64,000 bases of DNA. Source: the human T2T-CHM13v2.0 reference genome, Homo sapiens. Below are positions 1-13,866 of the stretch, one piece after another. Made by a program: the position numbers and the translations under genes. How positions within the stretch are numbered: position 1 is the stretch's first letter; every line of letters begins with the position of its first letter. Location of the stretch: assembly GCF_009914755.1 (NCBI RefSeq), contig NC_060930.1. One strand, given 5' to 3'. Below the pieces are notes generated by a model, which searched no databases, had not been told where the DNA came from, and worked only from the letters and a program-made list of their open reading frames with translations.

Positions 1-1178
1 AGTTTGCTGGAGGTCCACTTCGGACCCTGTTTCCCTGGATATCACCGGCAGAGGCTGCAGAACAGCAAAGATTGCTGCCTGTTCCTTTCTCTGGAAGCTT
101 CATCCCAGAGGGGCACCTGCCAGATGCCAGCTGGAGCTCTCCTGTGTGAAGTGTCTGTCGACTCTTGCTGAGAGGTGTCTCCCAGTCAGGAGTCACAGGA
201 GTTAGGGACTCACTTGAGGAGACACCCCGTCCCTTAGCAGAGCTGGAGCACTGTGCTGGGAGATCCACTGCTCTCTTCAGGGCCGGCAGGCAGGACCATT
301 TAAGTTGGCTGAAGCTGTGCCCACAGCCACCCCTTCCCCCAGGTGCTCTGTCCCAGGGAGATGGGAGTTTTATCTATAAGCCCCTGACTGGGGCTGCTGC
401 CTTTCTTTCAGAGATGCCCTTCCCAGAGAGGAGGAATCTAGAAAGGAAGTCTGGCCACAGTGGCTTTGCCAAGCTGTGGTAGGCTCCGCCCAGTTTTAAC
501 TTCCCAGCAGCATTTTGAGGGGAAAATCACCTATTCAAGCCTCAGTAATGGTGGATGCTCCTCCCCTCACCAAGCTTGAGTGTCCCAGGTTGACTTCAGA
601 CTGTTGTGCTGGCAGCAAGAATTTCAAGCCAGTGGATCTTAGCTTGCTGGGCTCTGTGGGGGTGGGATCCGCTGAGCTAGACCACTTGGTTCTCTGGCTT
701 CAGCCCCCTTTCCAGGGGAGCGGGCGGTTCTGTCTCACTGGTATTCCAGGCACTACTGGGGTATGGAAAAAACTTTTGCAGCTAGTTCAGTGTCTGCCCA
801 AACGACTGCCCAGTTCTGTGCTTGAAACCCAGGGCTCTGGTGGTGTAGGCACCTCAAGGAATCTCCTGGTCTGCGGGTTGCAAAGACCATGGGAAAGGCA
901 TAGTATCTGGGCTGGAATGCATTATTCCTCACAGCACAGTCTCTCAAGGCTTCCCTTGGCTAGAGGAGAGAGTTCCCTGACCCCTTACACTTCCCAGGTG
1001 AGGCGACACCCCACCTTGCTTCAGTTCACCCTCCGTGGGCTGCACCCACTGCCTAACCAGTCCCAATGAGATGAACCAGGTACCTCAGTTGGAAATGCAA
1101 ATACCACCCACCTTCTTAGTTGATCTTGCTGGGAGCTGCAGACTGAAGCTGTTCCTATTTGGCCATCTTGCCAGCCTC
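1..1178 (-). mobile_element. LINE-1 5'UTR (L1PA7/L1PA8-type), element continues off the left edge
   Basis: Minus strand begins GAGGCTGGCAAGATGGCCAAATAGGAACAGC, a typical L1PA 5' end with intact YY1 core. Long 5'UTR variant, homologous to the 5'UTR at 21400-22340. Confidence 0.88.
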
Positions 1179-2893
1179 AATATTTGTTTTTAAGAGTTTC
1201 ATCTGATGTGCTTATCTGGCTGTGTACCATATTGCCAATTAGCACTATAAAGTTTCTAGTCATGCAGGTGCTCTAGATATTTTGGTGCCTGAGTTACATA
1301 AATCTTTCACACAAAAAAAGATAAAGATGTACCTCCACTTTATTATAAAGAAAGTTGAAATAAGCCCATAGCCAGAGTGAAACGTAGAGTTAAATGCCTC
1401 TACAGAGGCATTATTAATTTTTATTAATAAAAAATAGGTTTTTATAGAATGTTTCCATTTCTTATGAACAAAGAAGAGCTAATAAATTCAAGTCAATGAC
1501 AGACTTTTAAATTCTGTGTGCTTTCTCCTGGGTACCCAGTACGGTTCATCCAGATTGACTACTAGGCTGTTAGAAGATATAACTGTATGATTACTAAAAT
1601 ATCATAACTAGGGCCACATAAATTTTTTAGGTAAAAATTCACGGATACTCGACAACATTTAACATTCTCACTAAATATTACAACTAATGTAATTACTTAA
1701 TAATACAATTAATAATATTAGCATTACCTTATCTGCTTTATAAAAGTAAACTATAGTAAATGTACTTATTCTTTTATTCTCATATAGCTCTGCTTTATTC
1801 AAATCCTTCTCTGGACATACTAAAGGCAACATAAAAGGAATCTTCTCCTTTCCAAACCAGGCAGTACTTTATAGCCAGATTAATTTTCATAAAATACTTA
1901 CACCATGTTACTTTTCCCCTTAACCACACCCAGTGATTTCCTAGTAATACTCAAAACAACCTAACCTGCATTTATTGCCTCTCATAAGCCTTGCCCATCC
2001 TGCCTTTCCTGTCTTAGGCCCTGGTGCATGCCCACTCAAATCCTCTGCCACATTGGTGTTGTCTGCCCTTTGTTTTTGAGCACAATGTAGAGATTTGCTA
2101 TCACACAGCACTGTTGCCCAATTTTCTTCACTTTGAGTGTACTCTCATTTTTTCTCTTTCAGCCCAAACCCTAACCATAATTCCAGGTTCAATGTAAGTG
2201 TTATGTTCTCTTTGAAGTTTTCCCTAATCGCCCCATCTCACAGTTGTCTATGGTTTCTAGAGTCTCATATTGCACTTATTTTCTTTGTTAACAAATTAAT
2301 ATTTATCATATTCCTTGTATTTTAATTAACTACTTGAATATTTATATATTTTCCTTCTTACTTATATTTAATAAGGATAGAGACACTTTGTAAATATTGT
2401 TTTGCCTTTCATGGCCCTCACCCTGGGTACTGCACATAGCAGGTGCTCAACTAATTCCAAATTTATTCACAAGAACTCAAAGAGCAACACAAATGATTCA
2501 CGCTACATATGAAATACTTCTTTTCAGAGAAGTCTCCTAAGCATTGGTCCAAGTGGCCAAGAGGAATCTTATCCCCTGGATGTCATTAAAAATAGATAAA
2601 TACTATTTTGTGCTGGATGGTATCACAGAAAGTAATAACACAGGAAAGAAATGACCATGAGAGTGTTGGCCTCACCCAATTCTAGTTTTTCATTATTCTT
2701 TAGATATTTCAATACCTTCCAGACTGTAAACATACCAAAAAAAAAAAAGGAGTGAGAAAAAAATTTATGATCTGGATGAATGCTTAAGTCTCCACTAAAT
2801 GTGGAAATGACGTAAACCATTTACAATACTGAGTTCTAGTTGTGATGCTAAGTTAGGCCTGATATATCTATGAACGTTCTAACATAAACAAGG

Positions 2894-5451
2894 CAGGCAT
2901 ACCTCAAATATATTGCAGGCTTGGTTTCAGATCACCACAATAAAGACAATATCACAGTAGAGAGATCATACCGACTTTTTTGTTTTTCCAGTGCATATGA
3001 AATTTATATGTACCTTATACTGTAGTCTATTAAATGTGCAATAGCATTCCAACAAAAATACAATGTAGATACCTTAATTTAAAAATACTTTCTTGCTAAA
3101 AATTGCTAATGATCACCTTAGCCTGCAGCGAGTCATAATCTTTTAGCTGGTGGAGGGTCTTGCTTCAATGCTGATGGTTGCTCACTGATCAGGGTGATAG
3201 TTGCTGAAGGTTGGGGTGGCTGTGGCAATTTCTGAAAATAAGCCAACAATAAAGTTTGCTTTATCAATTAACTCTTCCTTTAATGAAAGATTCCTCTGTA
3301 GCAAGTGATAGTGCTTGATAGCATTTGACCCGCAATAGAAATTCTTTCAATATTGGAGTAAATCCTCTCAAACCCTGCCACTGCTTTATCAATGAAGTTT
3401 ATCGAATATTCTTAATTGTTTGTTATCACTTCAACAATGTTTATAGCATCTTCACCAGGAGTAGATTCCATCTCAAGAAACCACTTTCTTTGCTCATCCA
3501 TAGAAAGCAACTCATCATCCATTAAAGTTTATCATGAAATTGTAGCAATTCAGTCATATCTTCAGGCTTCTCTTCTAATTTTGGTTCTCTTGCTATTTCC
3601 ACATCTGCAGTTACTTTGTCTGCTGAAATCTTGAACCCCACAAAGTCATCCATAAAGGTTGGAATCAACTTCTTCCAAACTCCTGTCAATGTTAATATTT
3701 TGACCTCCTCCCATGAATCACAAATGGCATCTAGAATGGTAAATTATTTTCAGAAGGTTTTCAACTTACTTTGCCCAAATTCATCAGAGGAATCACTAGC
3801 TATGGCAGCTATAGCCTTACAAAATATCTTTCTTAAGTAATGAGATTTGAAAGTCAAGCATGGTGGTGCATGCCTACAATACCAGCTACACAGAAGGCCG
3901 AAGTGGAAGAATCATTTAAGGCCAGGAGTTCGACTCCAGCCTGGGAACCATAACAAGATTTCATTTCTTTAAAAATAAACAAAATTACTTCTTGTCCCAT
4001 TGGTTACACAGTAACACAATAACGTTGGCACAAAAACAATATTAATCTTCTACAATTTTATCAGAACTCTTGGGTGACCATATGCATTGTCAATGAGCAG
4101 AAATATTTTGAAAGAAGTTTTTCTAGGCAGTATGTCTCAACAGTGGACATAAAATATTTAGATGTTCAGTAAGCCATGCTGTAAGCAGATGTGCTGTCAT
4201 ACAGGCTTTGCTTTTTCATTTATAGGGAACAGTCAGAGCAGATTTAACATAATTTTTAAGGGCACTAGGATTATTTTTCTTTTTTTTCACTCAAACATTC
4301 TGAGAGACACCCTAGGATTTTTGAAATACTAAATGGGCATTGGCTTCAACTTCAAGTCACTAGCTGCATTTGCCCTGAAAAACAGTGTGTCCTTTGAAGC
4401 TTTAAAGCCAGACATTGAGTTCTCCTCTCTAGCTATGAAAATCCTAAAGGGCATCTTCATCCAATAGAAGGCTGTTTCGCCTACATTGGAAATCTGCTGT
4501 TTAGTGTAGCCAATTGCATTGATTTGCTTAGCTAGTTCTTCTGAATAACTTACTGCAGCTTCTATACCAGCATTGGCACTTCTTATGTTTTGGAGATGGC
4601 TTCTCTTCTTAAACCCCATGGACCTCACCTCTGCTAGCTTCAAACTTCTCTTCTGCCACTTCCTCAACTCTCTGAAGCTTTACAGAGTTGAAGAGAATTA
4701 GGGACTTGCTCTGGATTTGGCTTTGGCTTAAGGGAATGTTGTGGCTGGTTTGATTTTCTACCCAGACCACTAAAACTTTCTCCATATCAGCAATAAGCCT
4801 CTTTTGCTTTCTTACCATTCATGTGTTCACTGAAGTAGCACTTTTAATTTCTTTCAAGAACTCTGTCTTTGCATTCACAATTTGGCTCACTGTTTGGCAT
4901 AAAAGGCCTAGCTTCCAGCCTATCTCAGCTTTTGACATGCTTTGCTCACTAAGCTTAATCACTTCTAGTTTTTGGTTTAAAGTGACAGATTTGTGACCCT
5001 TTCTTTCACTTGAACACTTAGAGGCCATTGTAAGGTTATTAACTGGTCTAACTTTAACATTCTTGTGTCTCAGGAAATAGAGACCCACCAAAAAAGGAAA
5101 GAGATGGGGGAATGGCCAGTCAATGGAGCAGTCAGAACACATAGAATATTCATTGATTAAGTTTGACATCCTATATGGATGTGGTTTGTAATGCCCCCAA
5201 ATGAAGTCAATAGTAACATCAAAGATCACTGATCACAGATCACTGTAACAGGTATAACAATAATGAAAAAGTTTGAAATATTGTGAGAATTACCAAAACA
5301 TGACACAGAGACATAAAGTGAGCATCTGCTCTTGAAAAAATGGTGCCAACAGACTTACTCAAAACACAGTTGGCACAAACCTTCAATTTGTAAAAAATGC
5401 AATATCTATGAAGCACAATAAAGCAAAGTGCAGTAAGACAAGGTATCCCTG
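2894..5451 (-). mobile_element. Tigger1 (Tc1/mariner-pogo DNA transposon), essentially full length, transposase disrupted
   Basis: TIRs CAGGCATACCTC (2894) and AGGTATCCCTG (to 5451, followed by TA). Minus-strand ORF pieces 4329-5229 give [28 protein letters not shown]..., a CENP-B/TIGD1-like transposase with frameshifts. Confidence 0.92.
3855..3984 (+). mobile_element. Alu monomer (FLAM/FAM-like) nested in Tigger1
   Basis: gcatggtggtgcatgcctacaataccagctac...ggccaggagttcgactccagcctggg plus A-rich tail, interrupting Tigger1. Confidence 0.8.
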
Positions 5452-5551
5452 TACAGCAACACCATATTATATCAGGCAGTTTTCACAAGTTATGCCTTCT
5501 ACTGAACAAGATTAGACAGATTTTACCACCAGCCTATCATTCTGTTACATC

Positions 5552-8500
5552 CTTTTTTTCTTCTAAGTTTTAATTTAAAAAAATTTTTTGTTTCCACAGG
5601 TTATTGGGGAACAGGTGGTGTTTGGTTATATGAGTACATTCTCTAGTGGTGATTTGTAAGATTTTGGTGCATCCACCACCCAGGCAGTATACACTGCATG
5701 CTATTTGTAGTCTTTTACCCCTCACCCACTTCCCACCCTTTCCCCCTGAGTCCCCAAAGCCCATTGTGTCATTCTTATTCCTTTGCATCCTCATAGCTTA
5801 GCTCCTACTTGTAAGTGAGAACGTATGATGTTTGGTTTTCCATTCCTGAGTTACTTCACTTAGAATAATGGTCTCCAATCTCATCCAGGTCACGGTGAAT
5901 GCCATTAATTCATTCCTTTTTATGGGTGAGTAGTATTCCATCATATATATATACAGTTTCTTTATCCACTCGTTAATCAGTAGGCATTTGGGTTGGTTTC
6001 ACATTTTTGCAATTGCGAATTGTGCTGCTATAAACATGTGTGCACAAATATCTTTTTCATATGAGTTCTTTTGCTCTGGGTAGATACCCAGTAGTGGAAA
6101 TGCTGGATCAAATGATAGTTCTACTTTTAGCTCTTTAACGAACCTCCACACTGCTTTCCACAGTGGTTGTACTAGTTTACATTCCCACCAGCAGTGTAGT
6201 AGTGTTCCCTGTTTACCGCATTCATGCCAACATCTACTATTTTTTAATTTTTTTATTAAAGCCATTCTTGCAGGAGTAAGGTGGTATCGCATTGTGGTTT
6301 TGATTTGCAGTTCCCTGATCATTAGTGATGTTGAACATTTTCTCATATGTTTGTTAGCCATTTGTATATTTTCTTTTGAGAATTGTCTATCCATGTCCTT
6401 AGCCCACTTTTTGATGGGGTTGTTTTTTTCTTGCTGATTTGTTTGAGTTCGTTGTAGATTCTGGATATTAGTTCTTTGTCAGATGTATAGATTGTGAAGA
6501 TTTCCTCCCACTCTGTGAGTTGTCTATTTACTCTATTGACTGTTCCTTTTGCCATGCAAAAGCTGTTTCATTTAATTAAGTTCCAGCTATTTATCTTTGT
6601 TTTTGTTGCATTTGCTTTTGGGTTTTTGGTCTTGAAATCCTTGCTACGACAATGTCTAGAAGGGTTTTTCCAAAGTTTTCTTCTAGAATTTTTATAGTTT
6701 CAGGTCTTAGATTTAAGTAATTAATCCATCTTGAGTTGATTTTGGTATAAAGTGAAAGATGAGGATCCACTGTCCTTCTCCTACATGTGGCTAGCCAATT
6801 ATCCCAGCACCATTTGTTGAAAAGAGTGTCCGTTCCCCACTTTATGTTCTTGTTTGTTTTGTCAAAGATCAGATGGCTAAAAGTATTTGGGTTTATTTCT
6901 GGGTTCTCTATTCTGTTCCATTGGTCTATGTGCCTATTTTTATACCAATACCGTGCTGCTTTGGTGACTATAACCTTATTGTTTGAAATCAGGTAATGTG
7001 TTTCCTCCATATTTGTTCTTTTTGCTTACTCTTGCTTTGGCTATATGGGCTCTTATTTGGTTCCATATGAATTTTAGAATTGTTTTTCTAATTCTGTGAA
7101 GAATGATGACAGTATTTTGATGGAAATTGCATTGAATTTCTAGATTGCTTTTGGTGTATGGTCATTTTCACAATATTTATTCTCTCATCCATGAGCATGG
7201 GATGTGTTTCTATTTGTTTCTGTCATTTATGATATCTTTCAGAAATGTTTTGTAGCTTTCCTTGTAGAGGTCTTTCACCTCCTTGGTTAGGTATATTCCT
7301 AAGTGTTTTTTTTGTTTTGTTTTGTTTTTTCCGGCAGCTATTGTAAAAGGGGTTGTGTTCTTAATTTGATTCTCAGCTTAGTCGCTATTGGTGGATAAAA
7401 GAGCTGCTGATTTGTGTACATTAATTTTGTATCCAGAAACTTTGCTGAATTATTTTATCAGTTCTAGGAGCTTTCTGGAAGAGTCTTTAGGGTTTTCTAC
7501 ATAAATGATCATATCATCAGCAAAGAGCAACAGTTTGACTTCCTCTTTGCTGATTTGGATGCCCTTTATTTCTTTCTCTTGTCTGATTGCTCTGGCTAGG
7601 ACTTCTAGTACTATGTTGAAGCAGAATGGTGAAAGTGGACATCCTTGTCTTGTTCCAGTTCTCAGAGGGAATGCTTTCAACTTTTCCCCATTCGGTATTA
7701 TGTTGGCTATAAATTTGTCATAGGTGGCTTTCATTATATTGAGGTATGTCCCTCATATACCAACTTTGCTGAGAGTTTTAATCATAAAGGGATGCTGGAT
7801 TTTGTCAAATGCTTTTCTGCTTCTATTGAGATAATCATGTGATTTTTGTTTTCAATTCTGTTTATGTGGTGTATCACATTTATCGACTTGCATGTGCTAA
7901 ACCATCCCTGCATTCCTGATATGAAACCTATTTGATCATGGTGGATTATCATTGTGATACGTTGTTGGATTCAGTTAGCTAGTATTTTGTTAAGGATTTT
8001 AGTATCTATGTTCATCAGGGATATTGTTCTGCAGATTTCTTGTTTGGTTATGTTTTTTACCAGTTTTGGTATTAGGGTGATACTGACTTCAGAGAATGAT
8101 TTAGGGAGGATTCCTTCTTCTCTATCTTGTGGAATAGTGTCAATAGGATTGGTACCAATTCTTCTTTGAATGTCTGGTAGAATTCTGCTGTGAATCTGTC
8201 TGGTCCTGGACTTTTTTTGCTGGTAATTTTTTAATTGCCATTTCAATCTTGCTGCTTGTTATTGGTCTGTTCAGGGTATCTAATTCTTCCTGATTTAAGC
8301 TAGAAGGGTTGCACCTTTCCAGGAATTTATCCATCTATTCTAAGTTTTCTAGTTTATGTGTGTAAAGGTGTTCATAGTAGCCTTGAATGATCTTTGTGTG
8401 CTGTCAGTTGTAGTATCTTCCATTTTGTTTCTTATTGAGCTTATTTGGATTTTCTTCTTTTCTTGATTAATATTGCTAATGGTCTATCAATTTTATATAT

Positions 8501-11007
8501 CTTCTTAAAGAACTAGCTTTTTGTTTCATTTATCTTTCATAATTTTCTTTTTGTTTCAATTTCATTTAGTTCTGCTCTGATCTTGGTTATTTCCTTTCTT
8601 CTGCTGGGTTTGGGTTTGGTTTGTTCTTGCTTCTCTAGTTCCTTGAAGTGTGGCCTTAGATTATTTGTTTGTGCTCTTTCAGACTTTTTGATGTAGGTGT
8701 TTAGGGCTATGAGCTTTCCACTTCTCACTGCCTTTGCTGTATCCATGAGGTTTTGATAGCTTGTGTCACTATTGTCGTTCAGTTTGAAGAATTTTGTAAT
8801 TTCTATGCTGATTTCATTTTGACTACAATGATCATTCAGGAGAAGACTACTTAATGTCTATGATATTTACATGATTTTAAAGGTTTAGAGTTGATTTCCA
8901 GTTTTATTCCACTATGGTCTGAAAGACTGTTTGATATCATTTCAATTTTCTTAAATTTATTGGGCTCATTTTGTGGCCTATCATATGGTCTATCTTGGAG
9001 GAAGTTTCATATGCTGTTGAATAGAATGTACATTCTGCAGTTGTTGGATGGAATGTTCTGTATATATCTGTTAAGTTCATTTGTTCCATGGTATAAATTC
9101 ATTGTTTCCTTGTTGACTTTCTGTCTTAATGACAAGTCTAGTGCTGTCAGTGGAGTATTGAAGTCCCCCACAATTATCGTGTTGCTTCTATCTCATTTCT
9201 TAGGTCTATTAGTAATTGTTTTATAAATTTGGAAGCGCCAGTCTTAGGTGTATATATATTTATGATTGTCATATGTTCCTGTCAAACAAGGCCTTTTTTC
9301 ACTATATAATGTCCCTCTTGGTCTTTTTTAACTGCTGTTGCTTTAAAGTTTATTTTGTCTGATATAAGAATAGCTACTCATACTCACTTTTGATATTCAT
9401 TTGTGTGAAATGTCTTTTTCACCCCTTTACCTTAAGTTTATGTGAGTCCTTATGTGTTAGGTGAGTCTCTTGAAGGTAGCAAGAATTTTTATAATTCTCC
9501 AATTCTGTATCTTTTAAGTGGAGATTGAGTCATTTACATTCAATGTTAGTATTGAGATGTGAGGTACCATTGCATTCATTGTGCTATTTATTGCATGTAT
9601 CCCTTAACTTTTAGCTTTTTGTTTTTGTTTTTTTAAATTTTATTTTTGTTTTATAGGTCCTGTGAGATTTATGCTTTAAAGAGGTTGCGTTTTGATGTGT
9701 TTCCACAATTTGTTTCAAGATTTAGAGCTCCTTTTAGCAGTTCTTGTAGTGGTGGCTTGGTAGTGGCAAATTCTCTCAGCATTTGTTTGTCTGAAAATGA
9801 CTGTATCTTTCCTTCATATATGAAGCTTAGTTTCACTGGATAAAAAACTCTTGGCTTATAATTGTTTTGTTTGAGGAGGCTGAAGATAGGGCCCCAGTCC
9901 CTTCTAACTTGTACAGTTTCTTCTGAGAAATCTGCTGTTAATCTGTTAGGTTTTCCTTTATAGGTTACCTGGTGCTTCTGTCTCACAGCTCTTAAGTAAG
10001 ATTCTTTCCTTCATCTTAACTTTAGATAACCTGATGACAATGTCCCTAGGCAATTATCTTTTTGTGATGAATTTCCCAGATGTTCTTTGTCCTTTTTATA
10101 TTTGGATGTCTAGGTCTCTAGCGTGGCTAGGGAAGTTTTCCTCAATTATTCCCCCAAATATGTTTTCCAAACTTGTAGATCTCTCTTCTTCTTCAGGAAT
10201 CCCCATTATTCTTAGGTTTCGTTGTTTAACATAATCCCAGACTTCTTGGAGTCTTTGTTCATATTTTCTTATTCTTTTTTCTTTGTCTTTGTTGGATTGG
10301 GTTAATTCAAAGACCTTGTCTTCGAGCTCTGAATTCCTTTCTTCTACTTGTTCAATTCTATTGCTGAGGCTTTCCAGAGCATTTTGCATTTCTATAAGTG
10401 TGTCCATTGTTTCCTGAAGTTTTTATTACTTTTTATTTATGCTATCAATTTCGTTGAATATTCCTCCCTTCACCTTTTGTACCATTTTTTGATTTCCTTA
10501 CACTGGGCTTCACTTTTCCCTGGTGCCTCCCTAATTAGCTTAATAACTAACCTCCCGAATTCTTTTTCAGGTAAATCAGGGATTTCTTCTTCATTTGGAT
10601 CCGTTGTTGGTGAGCTAGTGTGATTTTTCGGGCGTGGTAAATAACCTTGTTTTGTCATATTACCAGAATTGGTTTTCTGGTTCCTTCTTCTTTGGGCAGG
10701 CTCTGTCAGAAGGAAGGTCTAGGGCTGAAGGCTGTTTTTCAGATTGTTTTGTCCCATAGGATGTTGCCCTGATGTAGTACTCTTCCCTTTTTCCTGTGCA
10801 TGTTGCTTTCTGAGAGCTGAGCTGTAGTGATTGTTATCTCTGTTCTGGATCTAGCAACCTAGCAAGTCTACCAGGCTCCAGGCTGGTACTGGGGGTTGTC
10901 TGCACAGAGTCCTGTGATGTGAACCATCTATGGGTCTCTCAGTCATGGAAACCAACACCTGTTCCAGAACTCCCAAGAGTATATGCCCTTTGTCTTCAGT
11001 TACCAGG
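5552..11007 (-). mobile_element. LINE-1 L1PB-type (L1PB1-like 3' end), ORF1+ORF2 degenerate, 5'UTR truncated
   Basis: Poly-T/3'UTR at about 5552-5990. ORF2 fragments ([21 protein letters not shown]) at 5999-8746. ORF1 fragments at 9669-10658. 5'UTR remnant to about 11007. Confidence 0.9.
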
Positions 11008-12467
11008 ATAAATAGCAACCTTATCTGGCAAACAAAGTTTGCAGACCTGCAGAAAGGCTTAGGAATTGGAGGGTCAAGTATCTCTGTTAGTGAAGGTATA
11101 AATGACGCTGTTCACAGGAAGACTGGATGAAAGTCTCTTATCCCCTTCCTCACTCATCACACACACAGATCCACTGTATACTGGTACAAGACAGACAGAA
11201 CCAGGAGAATCCAAAGATCTGGCCCACAGAGGTTCGAGACTTACAGATAACATCACGGCTGAGGGCAAGAGTGAGATGCAATACTTGAAACAGGAGAATC
11301 AGCAAAGTCTACATTATGAATGGTGAAACCCCTGTCTCCTTCACTTTGGCTTAGAAAACTGACAATCCAGATCCTATCTACCACCCATACTTCAAAAGCA
11401 GGAAATTGGAGGATTCTTTTCTTGGCATAATCATCCCTGGATGAAAGACCTAACACATTCATTTTTGCTAGTGTTCCACAGTGGAAATGCCAGCTAGATT
11501 GCCCTGCAGAGAGGCCACAGTGTACAGTCCAATCAACACATGCAGACAGAGTTTCCAGTCAGTGTGCAGTTCCTCTGTCTGAAATGAGGGCAGTCGAGGA
11601 CCACCAGACTCTTGAAAAAAAGGGTGCAGGAAGAAGGATAAAGAGCAGAGAAAAACACACACTGCACAAAAGGAATCTGCAGGAACAGAAAGTCTGGATT
11701 AAAACTTTATTTAAAAAATATCATTAATGTCTTTATAGAACCAGGCTATTGCTTCTATAAGAAAATAAGAAATTTTAACTGAGACACCAAGGTATGTGAA
11801 CATCAGATATTAAAATGAATTAAGGGACAACATCCAGTAGTACTTACACATTTTCCAAGTGGTATTGTTGAGAACTAGTTAGACAACCCTAAAACCCACA
11901 TGGCAAGTAATAAGGAGTAAACAATAAGACTGGAGAAAGGATTTGGAAGGAGGATTTATTTGGTGAGAGTTGCCAGGGTGCTGTGAGCCAAGGGAGAAAG
12001 AGGATCTGCACATGTAAGTGTCTGATCCATACCATGGAGTTAGGAGGACACAGGGAACCTTTCTCTGACTCTTGCCTGGGAACTTCGAGGGGCAAGTACA
12101 AGCTGGCAGGCTGCTTTGGTGGTGGCAAGAATGAGAGACGCTGTGGGATCCTGGGGGTAAGGAAGGTGTGACTGGTTGAACAGAGCACATTAATTTAAGC
12201 CAAGTAAGCTACACCAAGGGGTTTGGTATCCAAAGGACCCATTACTCTGCTCATGATGGGAAAGAAGTCAGCATTAAAGCCTTCCTAGGCCCACTGAAGT
12301 GAAATAACCTTGGAATAGCACTAGCAATAAAACGATTGCCTAATTGCACAGAGATACAGCCAAGGAATTGATGGAATTAATGTTATGACTGCATGCTGCT
12401 CTTCCTTTTCACATAACTTTCTCCAAAGAATGATTAAAGTTTTGTGTCACTTTATGAGAAACAATGA

Positions 12468-13020
<553 letters not shown>

Positions 13021-13740
13021 AAGGGTTTTACAGTTAGCACGCTCATTCTAGATGAATAAATTATTCCCTGGCATACTCTGTTCATAACACATGATAATAA
13101 GAATATTCTGACAGTTTTCACCTCATTTTAAACCACATTTTAATGAAGTAGAACTCTGATGTTTATATTCCTTTATATTCATTACCTTTATATTCATTAC
13201 CTTTCTTCAAAAATAGAAGCAAAAGAATCTACACTACTCAAGGACTATTGCTATCATAGGATTAGCCTCCAGGGTTCAGAAACATCAGCTCCCCCATGTT
13301 GAATTAAGCCAGTAAGTGCACTGTTATTTTGATTAAAAATTTTTAGTTGAGACAATATTTAGGTTCAGATGCATCATAATTTAGAGTTAAGTTTGATGCA
13401 GACTATGTTTTAAACATGTGGGACACATTAAAAATAAGTTTGATTTAAGAAGTCAATAAAAGAACAGCAACTTTCTCTGAAAGGTCACTTTTTTGAAGAT
13501 GGTTGAGTTTCGTTTGATCTAAATAGTTGCCAATATTCTGAGGTATAAATTTCATGGTTTAGGTCATTCAAGACAGAACTGGCAGACCTCGGAAAAAAAT
13601 AAATATTTTTCCATTCCAACTATCTCTAAAAGGCAACACTGTTAGCATCACCACTTTGATTTTTTAGGCTTCAGAGGATATATCTCACATCTGTTTCATT
13701 AAGACAGGTCTAGATTCCCTGATTACTTCCAATTAATTAT

Positions 13741-13866
13741 CATTCATTTCTTTGTTAAATTTTTCTTGTCCAGCTGCTATACAGCAGGAATGTGCTAAAC
13801 ACTGGAAATCCAAAATCAAATAAAATAAATCTGGTCTCTGCTCTCATGGAGTTTACAGTCTAGTGG
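13741..13866 (-). mobile_element. L2 3' fragment
   Basis: cattcatt...tgtgctaaacactgg...gtctctgctctcatggagtttacagtctagtgg, typical L2 3' end. Confidence 0.65.
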
